64,000 bases of DNA from Octopus sinensis (Eukaryota): assembly GCF_006345805.1 (NCBI RefSeq), contig NC_043019.1, positions 10,725,360 through 10,789,359 on the forward strand, read 5' to 3'. The translations under genes and the position numbers were made by a program. Numbering within the stretch: position 1 is the stretch's first letter; each line of letters begins with the position of its first letter. This document shows, one piece after another, positions 39,724 to 52,970 of this stretch. The notes under the pieces were generated by a model. The model was not told the origin of the DNA. It worked only from the letters and a program-made list of their open reading frames with translations, and did not search any database.

Positions 39724-39758
39724 GTTTAACGTTTCGAGCGGAGCTCTTCGTCGGAAAC
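39724..39758 (-). ncRNA. Minimal hammerhead-like motif (family 2, core variant CCGACGA) in a short repeat (~39631-39810) inserted in (TA)n
   Basis: Minus strand reads GTTT-CCGACGA-A-GAGC TCC GCTC-GAAA-CG-TT-AAAC. The flanks are homologous to the 43461-43625 copy. Confidence 0.55.
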
Positions 39759-39819
39759 ATAGGAGAAGGAAAGATCCAGAGAAGGGAAGACAGAGGGAAA
39801 AAAAATCGCCATATATATG

Positions 39820-39877
<58 letters not shown>

Positions 39878-40816
39878 ATACGATGAGCTTCTTTCAGTTT
39901 CCGTCAACCAAATTCACGCACATACTGCATTACCTCTGGATATCCTTGTTGCTTATTTTGATTATAATCACCCCATTTTGAATTATATGGATACTACCAT
40001 ACTAAATTCTGGTGCATGTAACTTAAGTACCATATTCATCTGAATCTAAATTTTACTGAACTTATGTGTGTGTGTGTGTGTGTGTGTGTGTCTTTGTGCA
40101 TGTATTCCCCCCCACCGCTCCAACCACTTGACAATCGGTGTTGGTGTTTTTACGTCCCCCGTAACTTAGCAGTTCGACAAAACTGACTGATAGAATAAGT
40201 ACCATGCTTAAAGAAAATAAGTACTGGGGTCGATTTATTCGGCTAAAAGTTCTTCAAAGTGGTGCCCCAGTATGGCCACAGTCTAATGACCGAAACAAAT
40301 AAAAGATAAAGAGATGGAACAAATAAAAAAAAACCCTAACATTTCCCACCATCCAACGCTCTGGATTGGTTTTTTTAATTTATTGATCCTACGAAAAAAA
40401 TGAAGAGTAAAATTGCCAAGTGCAGGATTTGAACTTGGTGTGCAGAGAGCTGGGACAAATATCCCTTCAATAATAAACATCGGCTTGTGCGCAAAAGTGA
40501 ATGCTTGCATATAATGGGGGTAATTGTCAGACTTCGGCAATAAATTTTATTCATTCTTGTTCATACATGTGCAGACGGAAGCCCCTATATTTTTTAATGG
40601 AAGTTTTCAGAGACACGTTTTTGGATTAACACGAAGTTAATTGGGAGGGTGGTGGTGGAAGAAAGTAAATTGCCCCCCCTCTCCCAAATAATATATTATA
40701 TTGAGATAGAAGCTGAAATGGAGCATAGCAAAGTTTTCACAGAGAGCGGTATTGCTGCTGTTTGGAAGAGGCTGGTGGAAACATCGTTATTATAAATACA
40801 TACAGAGACCTTTATA

Positions 40817-41506
40817 ATGGAAGGTATTCTTTATTTCTTATGTCTGACCATTACACAAGTTTGGTTGTTATCAGTCACACAGCAGATACATGTGTTTGCC
40901 AAAGAAAATATCTCTCGAAATGTTGCGGCAAATCTTCCAGAAGCTTCCGTCATCCAACCTCCATTCCTTGCTGCTGCTGTCAACAATTTAAAGCCGTCTT
41001 CGCAGCCGTCGCTAAGATTATCTCGAAACCATACTGCATTAAATAAATTTAGAACCAGCTCAAGTTCTACCCTTCCTGTTGTCGCTGAACGAAATTCTAC
41101 AAAATTTAACTCTGAACCTACCAGTCTGTACCGAGCACAATCATCTTCGTCCTCCTCCAACACCACTGAAGCACTGGACTTGAAACCGCTAAAGAATGGG
41201 TCGGCAAACACAATTCTTACCAGATATCTTTACTCCCAGCTACCTAATGAAACAGACAAAATGTCTGGTTCCAATTCTACCAGAAGTCCGACCAACAAGG
41301 TTATAACAACCACTACAGAAATAGACTTAATAACCTACTTGTATTTTTCATCAAGTCCCCCACCTGTAAAAGATTCCAAAATGAGGACCTTGGCTTTCTA
41401 TATATTTATTATTGTTTGTATTGGATTAGTTGTTCTCTGTGTTTACCTGTTTTATCGCAAATACTTACGTGAAACCCCAGTTACAGCAGCTCCAACCACT
41501 GACTGA
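40817..41506 (+). CDS. Orphan Ser/Thr-rich (mucin-like) single-pass type I membrane glycoprotein, 229 aa
   Basis: Non-repetitive ORF in a repeat-free island. Hydrophobic N-terminus (MEGILYFLCLTITQVWLLSVT, signal-peptide-like). S/T-rich ectodomain with 7 N-x-S/T sequons (NIS, NHT, NST, NTT, NGS, NET, NST). TM helix TLAFYIFIIVCIGLVVLCVYLFY followed by RKYLR (positive-inside) and a short tail. Confidence 0.75.
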   Translation: MEGILYFLCLTITQVWLLSVTQQIHVFAKENISRNVAANLPEASVIQPPFLAAAVNNLKPSSQPSLRLSRNHTALNKFRTSSSSTLPVVAERNSTKFNSEPTSLYRAQSSSSSSNTTEALDLKPLKNGSANTILTRYLYSQLPNETDKMSGSNSTRSPTNKVITTTTEIDLITYLYFSSSPPPVKDSKMRTLAFYIFIIVCIGLVVLCVYLFYRKYLRETPVTAAPTTD

Positions 41507-42491
41507 CTATATTTACTAATTTACGCCTTTACACGTTTCTACATAGAACTTTAACCGCTGTGAAATATTGCTTTCCCGTTTCATTTGTTGTGTTGAGATT
41601 ATTTAATCCCCGTTCTGAGTTCTTCTGACTTTCTAAAGAAACCTTAACCACTAAAACTTTTAACGTTGTGAATAAGTATTTGTTCATTATCTATGTTCCT
41701 GTTTACCAGCTCCTTTTTATAAATTCAAAGGCTCAATATAAGCAGGGGAAAGACCAGGGCCTCTACAAAAAAAAATCCATATTTATTTTTCAAACTTGTT
41801 CAAGAATAATTAACTATATTGGAAGTTATATACAATGCCTATCTTTCTTCACATCGAACTACTTCTGTATCTAAATGATATCAATTAAATCGGTGGACCT
41901 AATCTTTTTGAGAATTATCTCAATGAGCTAAAACGTTCTAACCTTCACTAATCCAGTTTTATTTTTCTCTAGACTAGATTGGTATTTATCCAGACATTCC
42001 CTTTCCTCGAATAATGTAGGAATAATGAAATCTCTTCAGCTTAAGTGCAACAAGAAAAGCCCTCGCTTGTATCAAATTGTATGAAGGGTGGGCTGACAAG
42101 TTCATACGCTTCTAAGGAGGTAGTTATGATGGAGCTGTTAAATCTAGCATGCATTAATTTCCACTCTTAACTGCATTACTGCTTTTAAAAAAAATCAGAA
42201 CATGAACTGTTATTCCACATCGGCAAGAACCGACATGTATCGTACCACCGGCGAGCGAAATGTTGAGTATTTCAGAAATAGCAACTGAGGTATACCGTAT
42301 CAACGAACACTGATAAAGATATTCGGTGGCTTGTATGCTGAGGAATAATAGCCAATATGTTAGCAGTGCAATAATCCTGCACGTTCAATGAGCTGTCGAG
42401 AAAGAACCTGATGGGAAGCGATGGCTTTTTTTTCTTTGTGGTTTCACTGGGACTATATTAGCCAATTCCTTTTCTGGGAAGAGCTATTTTA

Positions 42492-42925
42492 GGCAATCTT
42501 TCGTCTCTGGTAGACCTTTCAGTCGATTTCCGTAAAATTTTTTTTTTTACATATGGACTTGCGGGAACTTTTGAAGTAATGATAGCGAAAGAGACTAAGA
42601 GAAAGCGATTGTATGACGAGGGAAATTCTTTTGAAGTTACCGTGCATGGGAAGCATTGATGTACATGTGTGCGTGTGTGTTTGATGGGGTGTGGTAGACA
42701 GAAAGTATGTTGTGTAAGTGAAGTGCTTCTGTTAGTGTGTGTGAAGAGACAGTCCATGCACGGTGTCTTCAAAAGAACTTCCCTCGTCATACAATTACTT
42801 TCTCTTAGTCTCTTTCGCTCTCATTACTTCAAAAGCTCCCGCAAGCCCATATGTAAAAAAAAAAAAAAATTTTTTTTTTTTTTACGGAAATCGACGGAAA
42901 GGTCTACTAGAGACGAAAGATCGCC
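42492..42925. mobile_element. Fold-back element/MITE with ~160-170-bp TIRs
   Basis: 42492-42649 is the imperfect reverse complement of 42754-42925, around a TG-rich ~104-bp spacer. It is flanked by 30-bp direct repeats. Confidence 0.85.
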
Positions 42926-43515
42926 CCAATTCCTTTTCTGGGAAGAACTATTTTACTCAACCGATAATTCAATTAATGTAAGGCGATGGCAGAATCGTAA
43001 GCATGCCGGGCAAAATGCTTAGCTTTACGTCCGTCTTTACGTTCTGAGTTCAAATTCCGTCGAGGTCGATTTTATCTACCATCCCTTTCGGGGGGTCGAT
43101 AAAATAAGTACCTGCTAAACACTTGGGAGCGATGTAACTGACTTAACACCCTCCCCCGAAATTGCTGGCATTGTACCAAAAATGTGAAACTAATAAGGCG
43201 CAAACGTACGTGGCTGTGTGGTAAGAAATTTGCTTCCCAACAACATGGTTCCAGGTTCCGCCCCACTGCGTGACAACTTGGGCTAGTTTCCTCTACTAGA
43301 GCCTCGGTCGACAAATTTTTTTGTGAATGGTTTTGGCAGACAGAAACTGAAAGAAGCCGGTCATATATAATTTTTTCCTGACACTCCTGTACAGGTTGAT
43401 GGGGGGGGGGAGAAGCCTAAACACTGGGCCATGGCACACACGCACACACTGTGGATCGTTGGCGATTTTTTTTCCCCTCCGTCTTCCTTTTCTCTTGGAC
43501 TTTCCTCTGTCTCCT

Positions 43516-43550
43516 GTTTCTGAAGAAGAGCTTTGCTCGAAACGTTAAAC
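43516..43550 (+). ncRNA. Minimal hammerhead-like motif (family 2) in a short Penelope-type repeat (~43461-43625)
   Basis: GTTT-CTGAAGA-A-GAGC TTT GCTC-GAAA-CG-TT-AAAC: helix I GTTT/AAAC, helix II GAGC/GCTC, palindromic ACGT helix III. Confidence 0.65.
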
Positions 43551-44208
43551 CACCTTTCTTTCCTTCCCTGAGCGTCTGCTAAAACTTTACATGTACCACG
43601 TCCTCGCGTTGTTGTTTTTTTTTTTGGGGGGGGGTCTTTGTTATATATATGTATACATATATATATGTGTCTTTCTGTTTGTACCCCACCACTACTTGAC
43701 GACCGGGGATGGTGTGTTTACGTTCCCGTAACTTAGCGTTTCGGTCGAAGAGCTCGATAGAATATGTACCAGGCTTAAAAAGAAAACTACTGTGGTTGAT
43801 TACTTTGATTGAAATTCCTCAAGGCGGTGCCCCAGCATGACCACGGTCTAATGACTGAAGCTAGCAAAAAAATTATATACGTCTGTCTGTCGTATATTGC
43901 CGAACATATATTTACGAATACCAAAAAATTGCCTAAGTTTTTTTAGGATTTGAACGTAGGAAATAGAAAGAAAAAAAATTACATACTCCCCCACCTCAAT
44001 CAGATCCTGTCTGTGTCGTGTCATCTGCAGTCTATGGAGTAGGTCAGTGCGTAACCTACAAGTACAGATTAAGAGGGGTGGGGGAAATCCAAACTTTCAC
44101 ATCCTCTTCCACCGCTGAAGAAGGGTGGTATTAAAGTCTGGGATTAAAAAAAAATTTTTCGGACAAAAGTGTTTAAAATTGTATTTGTTAATATTAAGTT
44201 CTCTCCTT

Positions 44209-44460
44209 GAGGCGCGTGGCTTAGTGGTTAGGGTGTCAGCGTCATGATCGTAAGGTTGTGGTTTCGATTCCTGGACCGGGCGACGCGTTGTGTTCTTGAG
44301 CAAAACACTTTATTTCACGTTGCTCCAGTTCACTCAGCTGGCAAAAATGAGTAACGCTGCGATGGACTGGCGTCCTGTCCAGGTGGGGAACACATACGCC
44401 ATAGAAATCGGGAAACCGGGCCCATGAGCCTGGCTAGGCTTTAAAAAGGGTGCATTTATT
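44209..44460 (+). mobile_element. tRNA-derived SINE with a CORE-like central domain
   Basis: GAGGCGCGTGGCTTAGTGGTTAGG...GTTTCGATTCC head followed by TGTGTTCTTGAGCAAAACACTT...CACTCAGCTG...GCGATGGACTGGCGTCC. Degenerate tandem copies lie at 21540-23300. Confidence 0.75.
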
Positions 44461-46164
44461 TATATTGAGGCGGCGAGCTGGCATTCAGACCATGTTAGCC
44501 AATTCCTTTTCTGGGAAGAGACATTCGACTCAACTAATAATAATTCAGTTAATATAAGAGAGTGAACTGGCAGAATCGTTAGTACGCCGGGCAAAATACT
44601 TATTGGCGTTTCGTCGGTCTTTAATTCCAAGTTCAAATTTCGCCGAGATCGACTTTGCCTTTTATCTTTTCGAGGTCAATAAAATGAGTATCAGTTAAGC
44701 AGTGGGGTCGATGTAATCTACTAGCCTTACCTCCCCAGTTTTCTGGCCTTGTGACTATAGTAGAAAGAACTATTGTGTGAACTAGTAATCATTACAGCAC
44801 CAGATAAAATGCTTAGCGGTATTTCATTTGTCTTTATGTTCTAAGTTCAAATTCCGCCGAGGTCGACTGTGCCTTTCATCCTTTCGGGGTCGATAAATTA
44901 AGTACCAGTTGCACACTGGTATCGATATAATCGACTTAATCCGTTTCTGTCCTTGTTTGTCCCCTGTGTTTAGCCCCTTGTGGGCAATAAAGAAATAGGC
45001 ATTTCATTTGTCTTTATGTTCTAAGTTCAAATTCCGCCAAGGTCGACTGTGCCTTTCATTCTTTTGGGGTCGATAAAATAAGCACCAATCGAACTTTAGG
45101 GTCGCTGCAATCGACTTATTCTTCTTCCTTGAAATTATTGGCCTTGTGTTAAAATTTGAAACCAGTATTAGGTTCTCACCTTAAAGCGGCGAGCTGGCGA
45201 AATGGTTAACCCGCCAGATAAAACTCTTAGCAGCATTTCGTCAGTCTTTATGTTCTGAGTTCAAATTCTGTTAATGTCGATTTTTGCCGTTCATCCCTTT
45301 CAGGTTCGAAAAAAGTACCAACAGCTGATCACTGGGGTCAATGTAATCGACTTATCCCCTGCCCCGAAATTGCTGGCCTTGTAGCCAACATTTGAAGCCA
45401 GTTATTAGGTCTTCACCTCACCCTGCAGACTGAAGGTAGCAAACTGACCGAGTCGCTAGAGCATCAAGAACAATAGTATTACTTTACAGTATTTCTCACT
45501 CTGAGTTCAAATCACACTTTCGTTAATTTTTTTTTTTTTTTTTTGATGAAATGAAATACCAGTGCTATACTGAGGCCAATTCCTCTCTTTTTGTTTGCCT
45601 CTCTTCTGAGAGAAATCAACTGTGGTCAGTCCAAATGAAAATGGGCTCTGCTAGGTTTAAAACTTCCCAGTAGCGGCACACTATATATCACAACAGCATC
45701 CCTCTAACTTCATCGGGAGTTCGGGCCCCAAAAGAAAGCAAAATAGTAAAGTCAGGTAGGGGTAACCTTTTTCGAGGAGCGGGCCTCGAAATTTTTTTGT
45801 CAGGTATGCCATTCAGAAAGTCCTGTGGGTCGCAATATGATCACGACTGCACTAATTAAATTAATTAAACATGTTACCTGAACCCCTTAAAGCTCCCGAG
45901 TCAAGGGAGAATGTTAAAGTGATCTCAAATATTATAATCTTATTTTCTCAAGATTAAAAGTATAATTACAACATTAAAAATATAATTACTATGTCATTTT
46001 ACATTTTCGTTTCTGACGTGTTTATAATTACATTTTCGTATTTAATTGCATTTCCCTGCAGATTTAATAAAAATGTAATTACATCATTTGCTCATACATT
46101 TAATAAAACACGTTAATGTTGTATAATTAGAGTTCAGGGTTTCCTGTACTTTTCAATCAGAAAC

Positions 46165-46400
46165 ACTAACCACTAACCCTACTTCTTAAACCTGAGCATT
46201 ACCCGTAACCTTGAACCCAATTACCAAACCGTAACACTAACCCTAACTCTTAATCCTGAGCACTAACCTAATCCCTAACCTTCAACCGTGACCTTAAACC
46301 CAAACATCAAACCTTAATTCTAGACATTAACCCTTAACCTCGTGCTTTATACGCAACCCTAATCCTAAATCCAAACTAACACTAAATGCAACCGTGACTC
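46165..46400 (+). repeat. Degenerate telomere-like (TAACCC)n tract
   Basis: Many TAACCC/TAACCT/TAATCC/TAACAC variants in register. Confidence 0.7.
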
Positions 46401-48051
46401 TATTCTTACAAAAACCATAATAATATATCATAAATTGCATTAAGTTTTGAGAAATTGCTTTTTTTTTTATTATCCACAAGGGACTATACATAGATGGGAC
46501 TATACAAACATAAACTCGAACTTAAAATACAAAAAGAGGATGAATTAAGATGAAAAAATTCAAGAAATCGAATGAAATATGAAAAGATATAATAAAGATG
46601 CGCAATGCCCACTCGACCTCCGAAGTCGAGTGGTTACATTTCGACAGTTTTTTTTCCTTTTTTCATAAATGAATTTCACAAAAATTACAATAAAATTTTC
46701 TCAGCAATTTTTTTCCCTTTTTCATAAATGAATTTCACAAAAATTACAATAGAATTTTCGACAGTTTTTTTCCCCCGCTTTTTCATAAATGAATTTCAAG
46801 AATAATGCATTTTTCCTTTCAGTTTCTCAAATTCTATAATGGGAGGTGGGTATTCCAGTAACCGACACCAATTGTTAAGTTTTGAGAAATAACTACGTGT
46901 TGTAGGGGAAATCGGACTTGCACTTTTTATATTTTATATTTCATTCAAAATACGAATAGCAACATATTTAACAAAAGAAAAACGAGGAAAAAAAAATCAA
47001 TGCAGTACCCAGTGTTTCAGTTGGTCGCACACCACAAGCTTCACTGGCCACTTGTACCGTGTATTTTATAAAAAGAAACTTCTCTTCTAGATTATCAAGT
47101 CCGGGATTTCTAGGTTATTTATAGCCTAAGAGGAACTTCAGTTACTACAATTAATTCAATGCGGATATCAAAGAAAAGTTTATTTTGCTCCACCCATTCA
47201 TGCACTACTTTACCCACCCTGATTATGATATTGAGGGATTTCCAAGTTCTTTTTCGGTTTGAACGGCAGTTTTTTTCTAGCGGTGTCATATGAAATTGTC
47301 ACCCATAATTATCACCCTAGTATCGATCTATTGCATTTCAATCTGTTTTAGGGTTAGGGTTGGGGGGAAGGGTATCTTTTTTGGTTCAGAAATGTAAATA
47401 AACCCAATCTGTTTCTTAAACGAGGGAATATTCATACGGCACAGAATGTTTTTTTACTTCAGTAGACGTCATTGATTGGTTGAAATTGCAGAAATTGAAG
47501 AAAAAAACAACAACAAATATCTTACAAACTATAGAATTTTCTCAATAAAGCCAAGAGAAAAAGATGTTTTATAAACACATTCTACCAGTATACGAAGTTT
47601 AAAAGTGTTTAGTTACGTGGAAATTATTTAAAAAAACTGCCGTTCAAACCGAAAATATCTGATTTCCGTCCTCATGTTCACTGAAAGGCTTGGTTATACG
47701 TCACTCGAGTCGTTCGAGTTTGCGCCTGTCTTTCAAATATATTGCATGATGTAAGGCCTGACAGATTTTACAAAGGATTTTATAAGATGACGAAAGATTT
47801 TATACTTATTCATCAGAAAAGCTTGATAAGAAAAAAGAAATAAAGTAAAAAGAATTAGTATGCTTGTAGAGAGAAAGAAAACTAGAAGGGTATTAACTTT
47901 CTTATAGATAAGATAACCTATTATTTCTTTATTTCTTTTCTTCAGAGAAAATATGACTTATTTTGCAACGTCTTTATATACATATCAAAACGAAACTATT
48001 ATCACGCGAGCGTGTATAACGTTATTTATAGATCGGAATATCTAGATATTT

Positions 48052-48087
<36 letters not shown>

Positions 48088-51000
48088 GATAGACAGAGTC
48101 ACACACCTAGCTTTAGTGATAATAGAAAATGAAACAAAATTCTCGCATAGCCGAAATAAAATAATACATCTACAATTTCCGGCATAATTAAACTTGTGTG
48201 CCACGTTCCACTACGAATTTTCTCATAGCTTTCAAAAATAGATATTTTATGATGAAATTTTCTACAAATGCCTTTCAGACGGTATAGAGAGCGACTATAT
48301 CGGAATTTAATATATAAAAAATAGTTGGTGGGCGCGCACACATGACAATTTTTTTTCAAAATTTTAAGTTGTATTTTGTAGATATCTTGAGGATCTTTTC
48401 GGTTTGAACGGCAGTTTTTTAAAAATAATTTCCACGTAACTAAACACTTTAAAACTTCGTATACTGGTAGAATGTGTTTATAAAACATCTTTTTCTCTTG
48501 GCTTTATTGAGAAAATTCTATAGTTTGTAAGATATTTGTTGTTGTTTTTCTTCTTCAATTTCTGCAATTTCAACCAATCACTGACGTCTATTGAGGTAAA
48601 AAAAAAACATTCTGTGCCGTATGAATATGTCCCTCGTTTAAGAAACAGATTGGGTTTATTTACATTTGTGAAGAAAAAAAAATATACCCTTCCCCCCACC
48701 CCTAACCCTAAAACATTGAAATGCAATAGATCGATACTAGGGTCATGATTATGGGTGACAATTTCATATGACACCACTAGTAAAAACTGCCGTTCAAACC
48801 GAAAAGATCCCCAAATGTTCCCATCTTTCATGTGATATGTAATGGCCGACATCATCTTACTCATTTACACTTGAATAAATTGGAGCAATGTGAAATTAAG
48901 CGCTTAAGAACACAACACTCCGCCCGGTCCTGGAATTGAAACCACTCTCGCAAGATGCTAACAACTAGGCCATGCGCCTTCACGCCAGGAGACACAGCTA
49001 GATGCATTTAAAAAAAAATTATAAATTCTCACACATACTGGGCACTTGCCCGGAGGTGCCACGGGCCTGGGGACCCAATGCAAATTTATGTATGCAATAG
49101 TTGAGTTTGTTGGGGCTCCAACACATTGCTGTGCTTGGGGACCTATAGTGTTGTTGAGGCGGCCCTGCTGAGATAGGGACAACAGCTGATTATATCGACC
49201 TCAGTATTTCACTGGTACTTTATTTTATCGACCCGGGAAAAATTAAAGGCAAAGTTGGCCTTTACAAGATTTGAACTCGTAATGTAATGAGCCATAGCTT
49301 AATACCAGAAGGCATCTTTTTAGAAAAAAATATTATGAATAATTTCCAAACAGAAAATTCTAGATGTTCAAGTTCTAATTACTACGATTCATTTTTTAAA
49401 GTGCAGCAAATATTCAAAATAACTTTCTATGGTTTAAGTTCATTATATTATAGGCCAAAATATATAAATACCATTTTTTAATTATATATTTCTTTGACTA
49501 AAGTCAAAGGGCGCCGCAGTATTTTTAATTCGTTCTAAAGTGCACCAAAAGTGAAATGTGCTTGTGAACGCAGTGACAACACACAAGGTGGGTCGTTTGA
49601 CTGAGCGGTGTCCCATACAAAAATGTAGAGGTCCACCGTGACATTTGTTATATTTAAGTAAAGAAAGTGGTGTGTCTACCGATGACAGGTCTTTCATGAT
49701 AACACTATTTATATGCCTGCTGTTGTTCTTGTATACTTTGTCCTTCAGTTTAATATGGATAGTTAGAATACAGGATCTTTTCGGTTTGAACGGCAGTTTT
49801 TTTAAAATAATTTCCACGTAACTAAACACTTTTAAACTTCGTACACTGGTAGAATGTGTTTATAAAACATCTTTTTCTCTTGGCTTTATTGAGAAAATTC
49901 TATAGTTTGTAAGATATTTGTTGTTGTTCTTTTCTGCAATTTCAACCAATCAATGACGTCTATTGAGGTGAAAACATTGTGCCGTATGAATATGTCCCTC
50001 GTTTAAGAAACAAATTGGGTTTATTTACATTTGTGAAGAAAAAAGATACCCTTCCCCCACCCCTAACCCTAACCTTAAAACAGATTGGAATGCAATAGAT
50101 CGATAATAGGGTCATAATTATGGGTGACAATTTCATATGACACCGCTAGAAAAAACTGCCGGTCAAACCGAAAAGATCCTATATTTATATACACACATAC
50201 ATGTATAATTTGAATTGAACATCTGTTTCAACTTTGATGTTTTGGTTTTATTATGGCACTGGGTGAGCTGAAGACGATATAAAGTATATTGGTTTCAATT
50301 TTTGACACAAGGGCAGCAATTTCGGGGGAGTGAGTACGTTGATTATATCGACCCCAGTGCTCAACTGGTACTATCGACCCTGAGAGTACAAGTTTGAAAA
50401 GTAACAGGATGAAAAGTAAAGTCGAACTCAGAACGTGAGGATGGACGAAATACCCATTTCTTTACTACCCACAAGGGGCTAAACATAGAGGAGACAAACA
50501 AGGACAGACAAACGAATGAAGTCGATTACATCGACCCCAGTGCATAGCTGGTACTTAATTTATCGACCCCGAAAGGATGAAAAGTAAAGTCGACCTCGGC
50601 GGAATTTGAACTCAGAACGTAACGGCAGACAAAATACCTATTTCTTTATTACCCACAAGGGGCTAAACACAGAGAGGACAAACAAGGACAGACAAATGGA
50701 TTAAGTCGATTATATCGACCCCAGTAACTAGTACTTATTTAATCGACCCCGAAAGGATGAAAGACAAAGTCGACCTCGGCGGAATTTGAACTCAGAACGT
50801 AGCGGCAGACGAAATACCTATTTCTTTATTACCCACAAGGGGCTAAACACAGAGAGGACAAACAAGGAGAGACAAACAGATTAAGTCGATTATATCAACC
50901 CCAGTGCATAACTGGTACTTAATTTATCGACCCCGAAAGGATGAAAGACAAAGTCCATCTCGGCGGAATTTGAACTCAGAACGTAACGGCGGACGAAATA

Positions 51001-52970
51001 CCGCTAATCATTTTACAAGACGCGCTAACGATTCTTCCAGCTCCATTTATATTATTGTAATTTCAATTATATATAGATATATAGATACAAGGCCTCAGAT
51101 TGATGGGTAGGTAGTATGCCTGGGCATTACCTTGAAGGGTTTAGTCAAATTAATCGAACCCAGTATTTATTTTAAAGCCTGGTCTCTCTCACCGAAACCG
51201 TTAATGTAAAGATATTGGTCAATCCGAGGTTTAATGGCTGGAAGACATTTGTTCAAAGAGACGCATCAAAAGAGCTCCTTGTGGGCAATAAAGAAATATA
51301 TATAGAGATTAAGCCTTTGATTTCGTTCCGTAACTACAGAGAGAGAGAGAGAAGGGAGTAGGGATCTGGTCAGAACATTTCCAAGGCGTTTGTTTAGCCC
51401 AAGGCGTTATTCTAGATTCAGCTGACCCATTATCTATTCAATAGGACGGGTTTCCACATACATAATAATACTATGAATATGAGGCATATTTACACAAGTG
51501 CTCCTCCTTCCCCAATCCGTCTTTGTTCCCTCACAACTTGAAGAAAAATCGATATTTTTAATATAATTTTCTACGAATATCCTTCAGATGGTTGTAGAAT
51601 TACGATTTTATCGAAATTTAATTTAAAAAGAAAACGATAGGAGCGAAGACATACAAGCTGACACACATTTATCTATAAAATGAAACGAGTAAATTTGAAA
51701 GAAATTGCTGCGCACACCAGTCTTTTTCTTTTTCCTTTTTTTCTTCTTCACAAAATTATTTGGATATACTCGGAATATACACGAACTGAAAAATATTTGT
51801 AGAAAATTTCATTGAAAAATATCCATTTTCCGAGAAGTTATAAGGAAACAAATTCGAGTGAAAGGCCCACTTGTGTAGGTATGCCGGATATGGACATGTG
51901 TTTTGCTGGTGCTATTGTTGCTGTCTAGCCCTTATATCAACAAAGATCAAACTGACCAACGATTAAAAACGTTCCAATAGTGACCATCTGTTGTATTTTT
52001 GTTATTCTTTGAAATGTCAAACAGTATATCTAAGACTGCATAAATCACATGAATCAAATATATTCTTTTTCTTTTTTTTTCAATGGCAATTATAATATTT
52101 AGATAGAAACATTACTATTTCTGAATCTCTCACAGATATTCAGTAACAGTACTTTAAAGTAAAGACTATTTGCCAACATAACGTGGCAGTCCTGGATAGG
52201 ACGAATGTTACTATTGTTTAGCCACCTGGTAACGTCGAAATGCTCGAAATTAAAGTCGAAATATGTTGCAACATATAGAATTTTCTCAATAAAGCCAAGA
52301 AAAAATGATGTTTTATAAACACATTCTACCAGTATACGAAGTTTAAAAGTGTTTAGTTAACTAGAAATTATGTTGAAAACTGCCGTTCAAAAGGAAAAGA
52401 TCCCGTTCGAGTAACATCGTACGCCAGGGGAGTCCACCCTGTTGCCACTTTTTTTTTTGTCATTAACCTTTTTGAGACACTATTTTTATACAGAATATTA
52501 AATAAAAGCCTGTTATCCAAAATTTTATTGTATTAAGGCGGCGAGCTAGCAGAAATGTTAGCACGCTGAGCAATATGCTTACTGGCATTTCGTCCGTCTT
52601 TATGCTCCGAGTTCAAATTCTGCCAACGTCGACTTTGTCTTTCATCCTTTCGGGGAAAGATAAATAAAGTACCAGTTGAACACTGGGGTCGTCGTAATTT
52701 ACTTTCTCTGAACTTGCTGGCCTTGTGACAAAATCTGAGATGAATATTTTTTATACTTCAGGAAATACTCTTGAGTCGTTTTTGTTTACTGTAAATGTTG
52801 AGTTGTGGCTCTTATTACTATGCTCCCGTGGTTTGTTTGTGTTCATGCTGGAATACCAAATCGGGATGTAGACAAATCAGCATGTATATAAATTTATACA
52901 CTCACACACATATACACAGCGCCCAGTGGGACTGAACCTGAGGCCTCATGGTTGGGAAGCAAGCTTCTTA

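Noticed and set aside
40791-40798. TATAAATA upstream of the orphan ORF
   Set aside because: Only ~18 nt before the ATG, so the predicted start site would fall at or after the ATG; such motifs are common in AT-rich DNA.
47795-47817. CTGATGA on the minus strand as a possible hammerhead core
   Set aside because: No GAAA at the right spacing and no helices; the same applies to CTGATGA at ~14272, ~29052 and ~37779.
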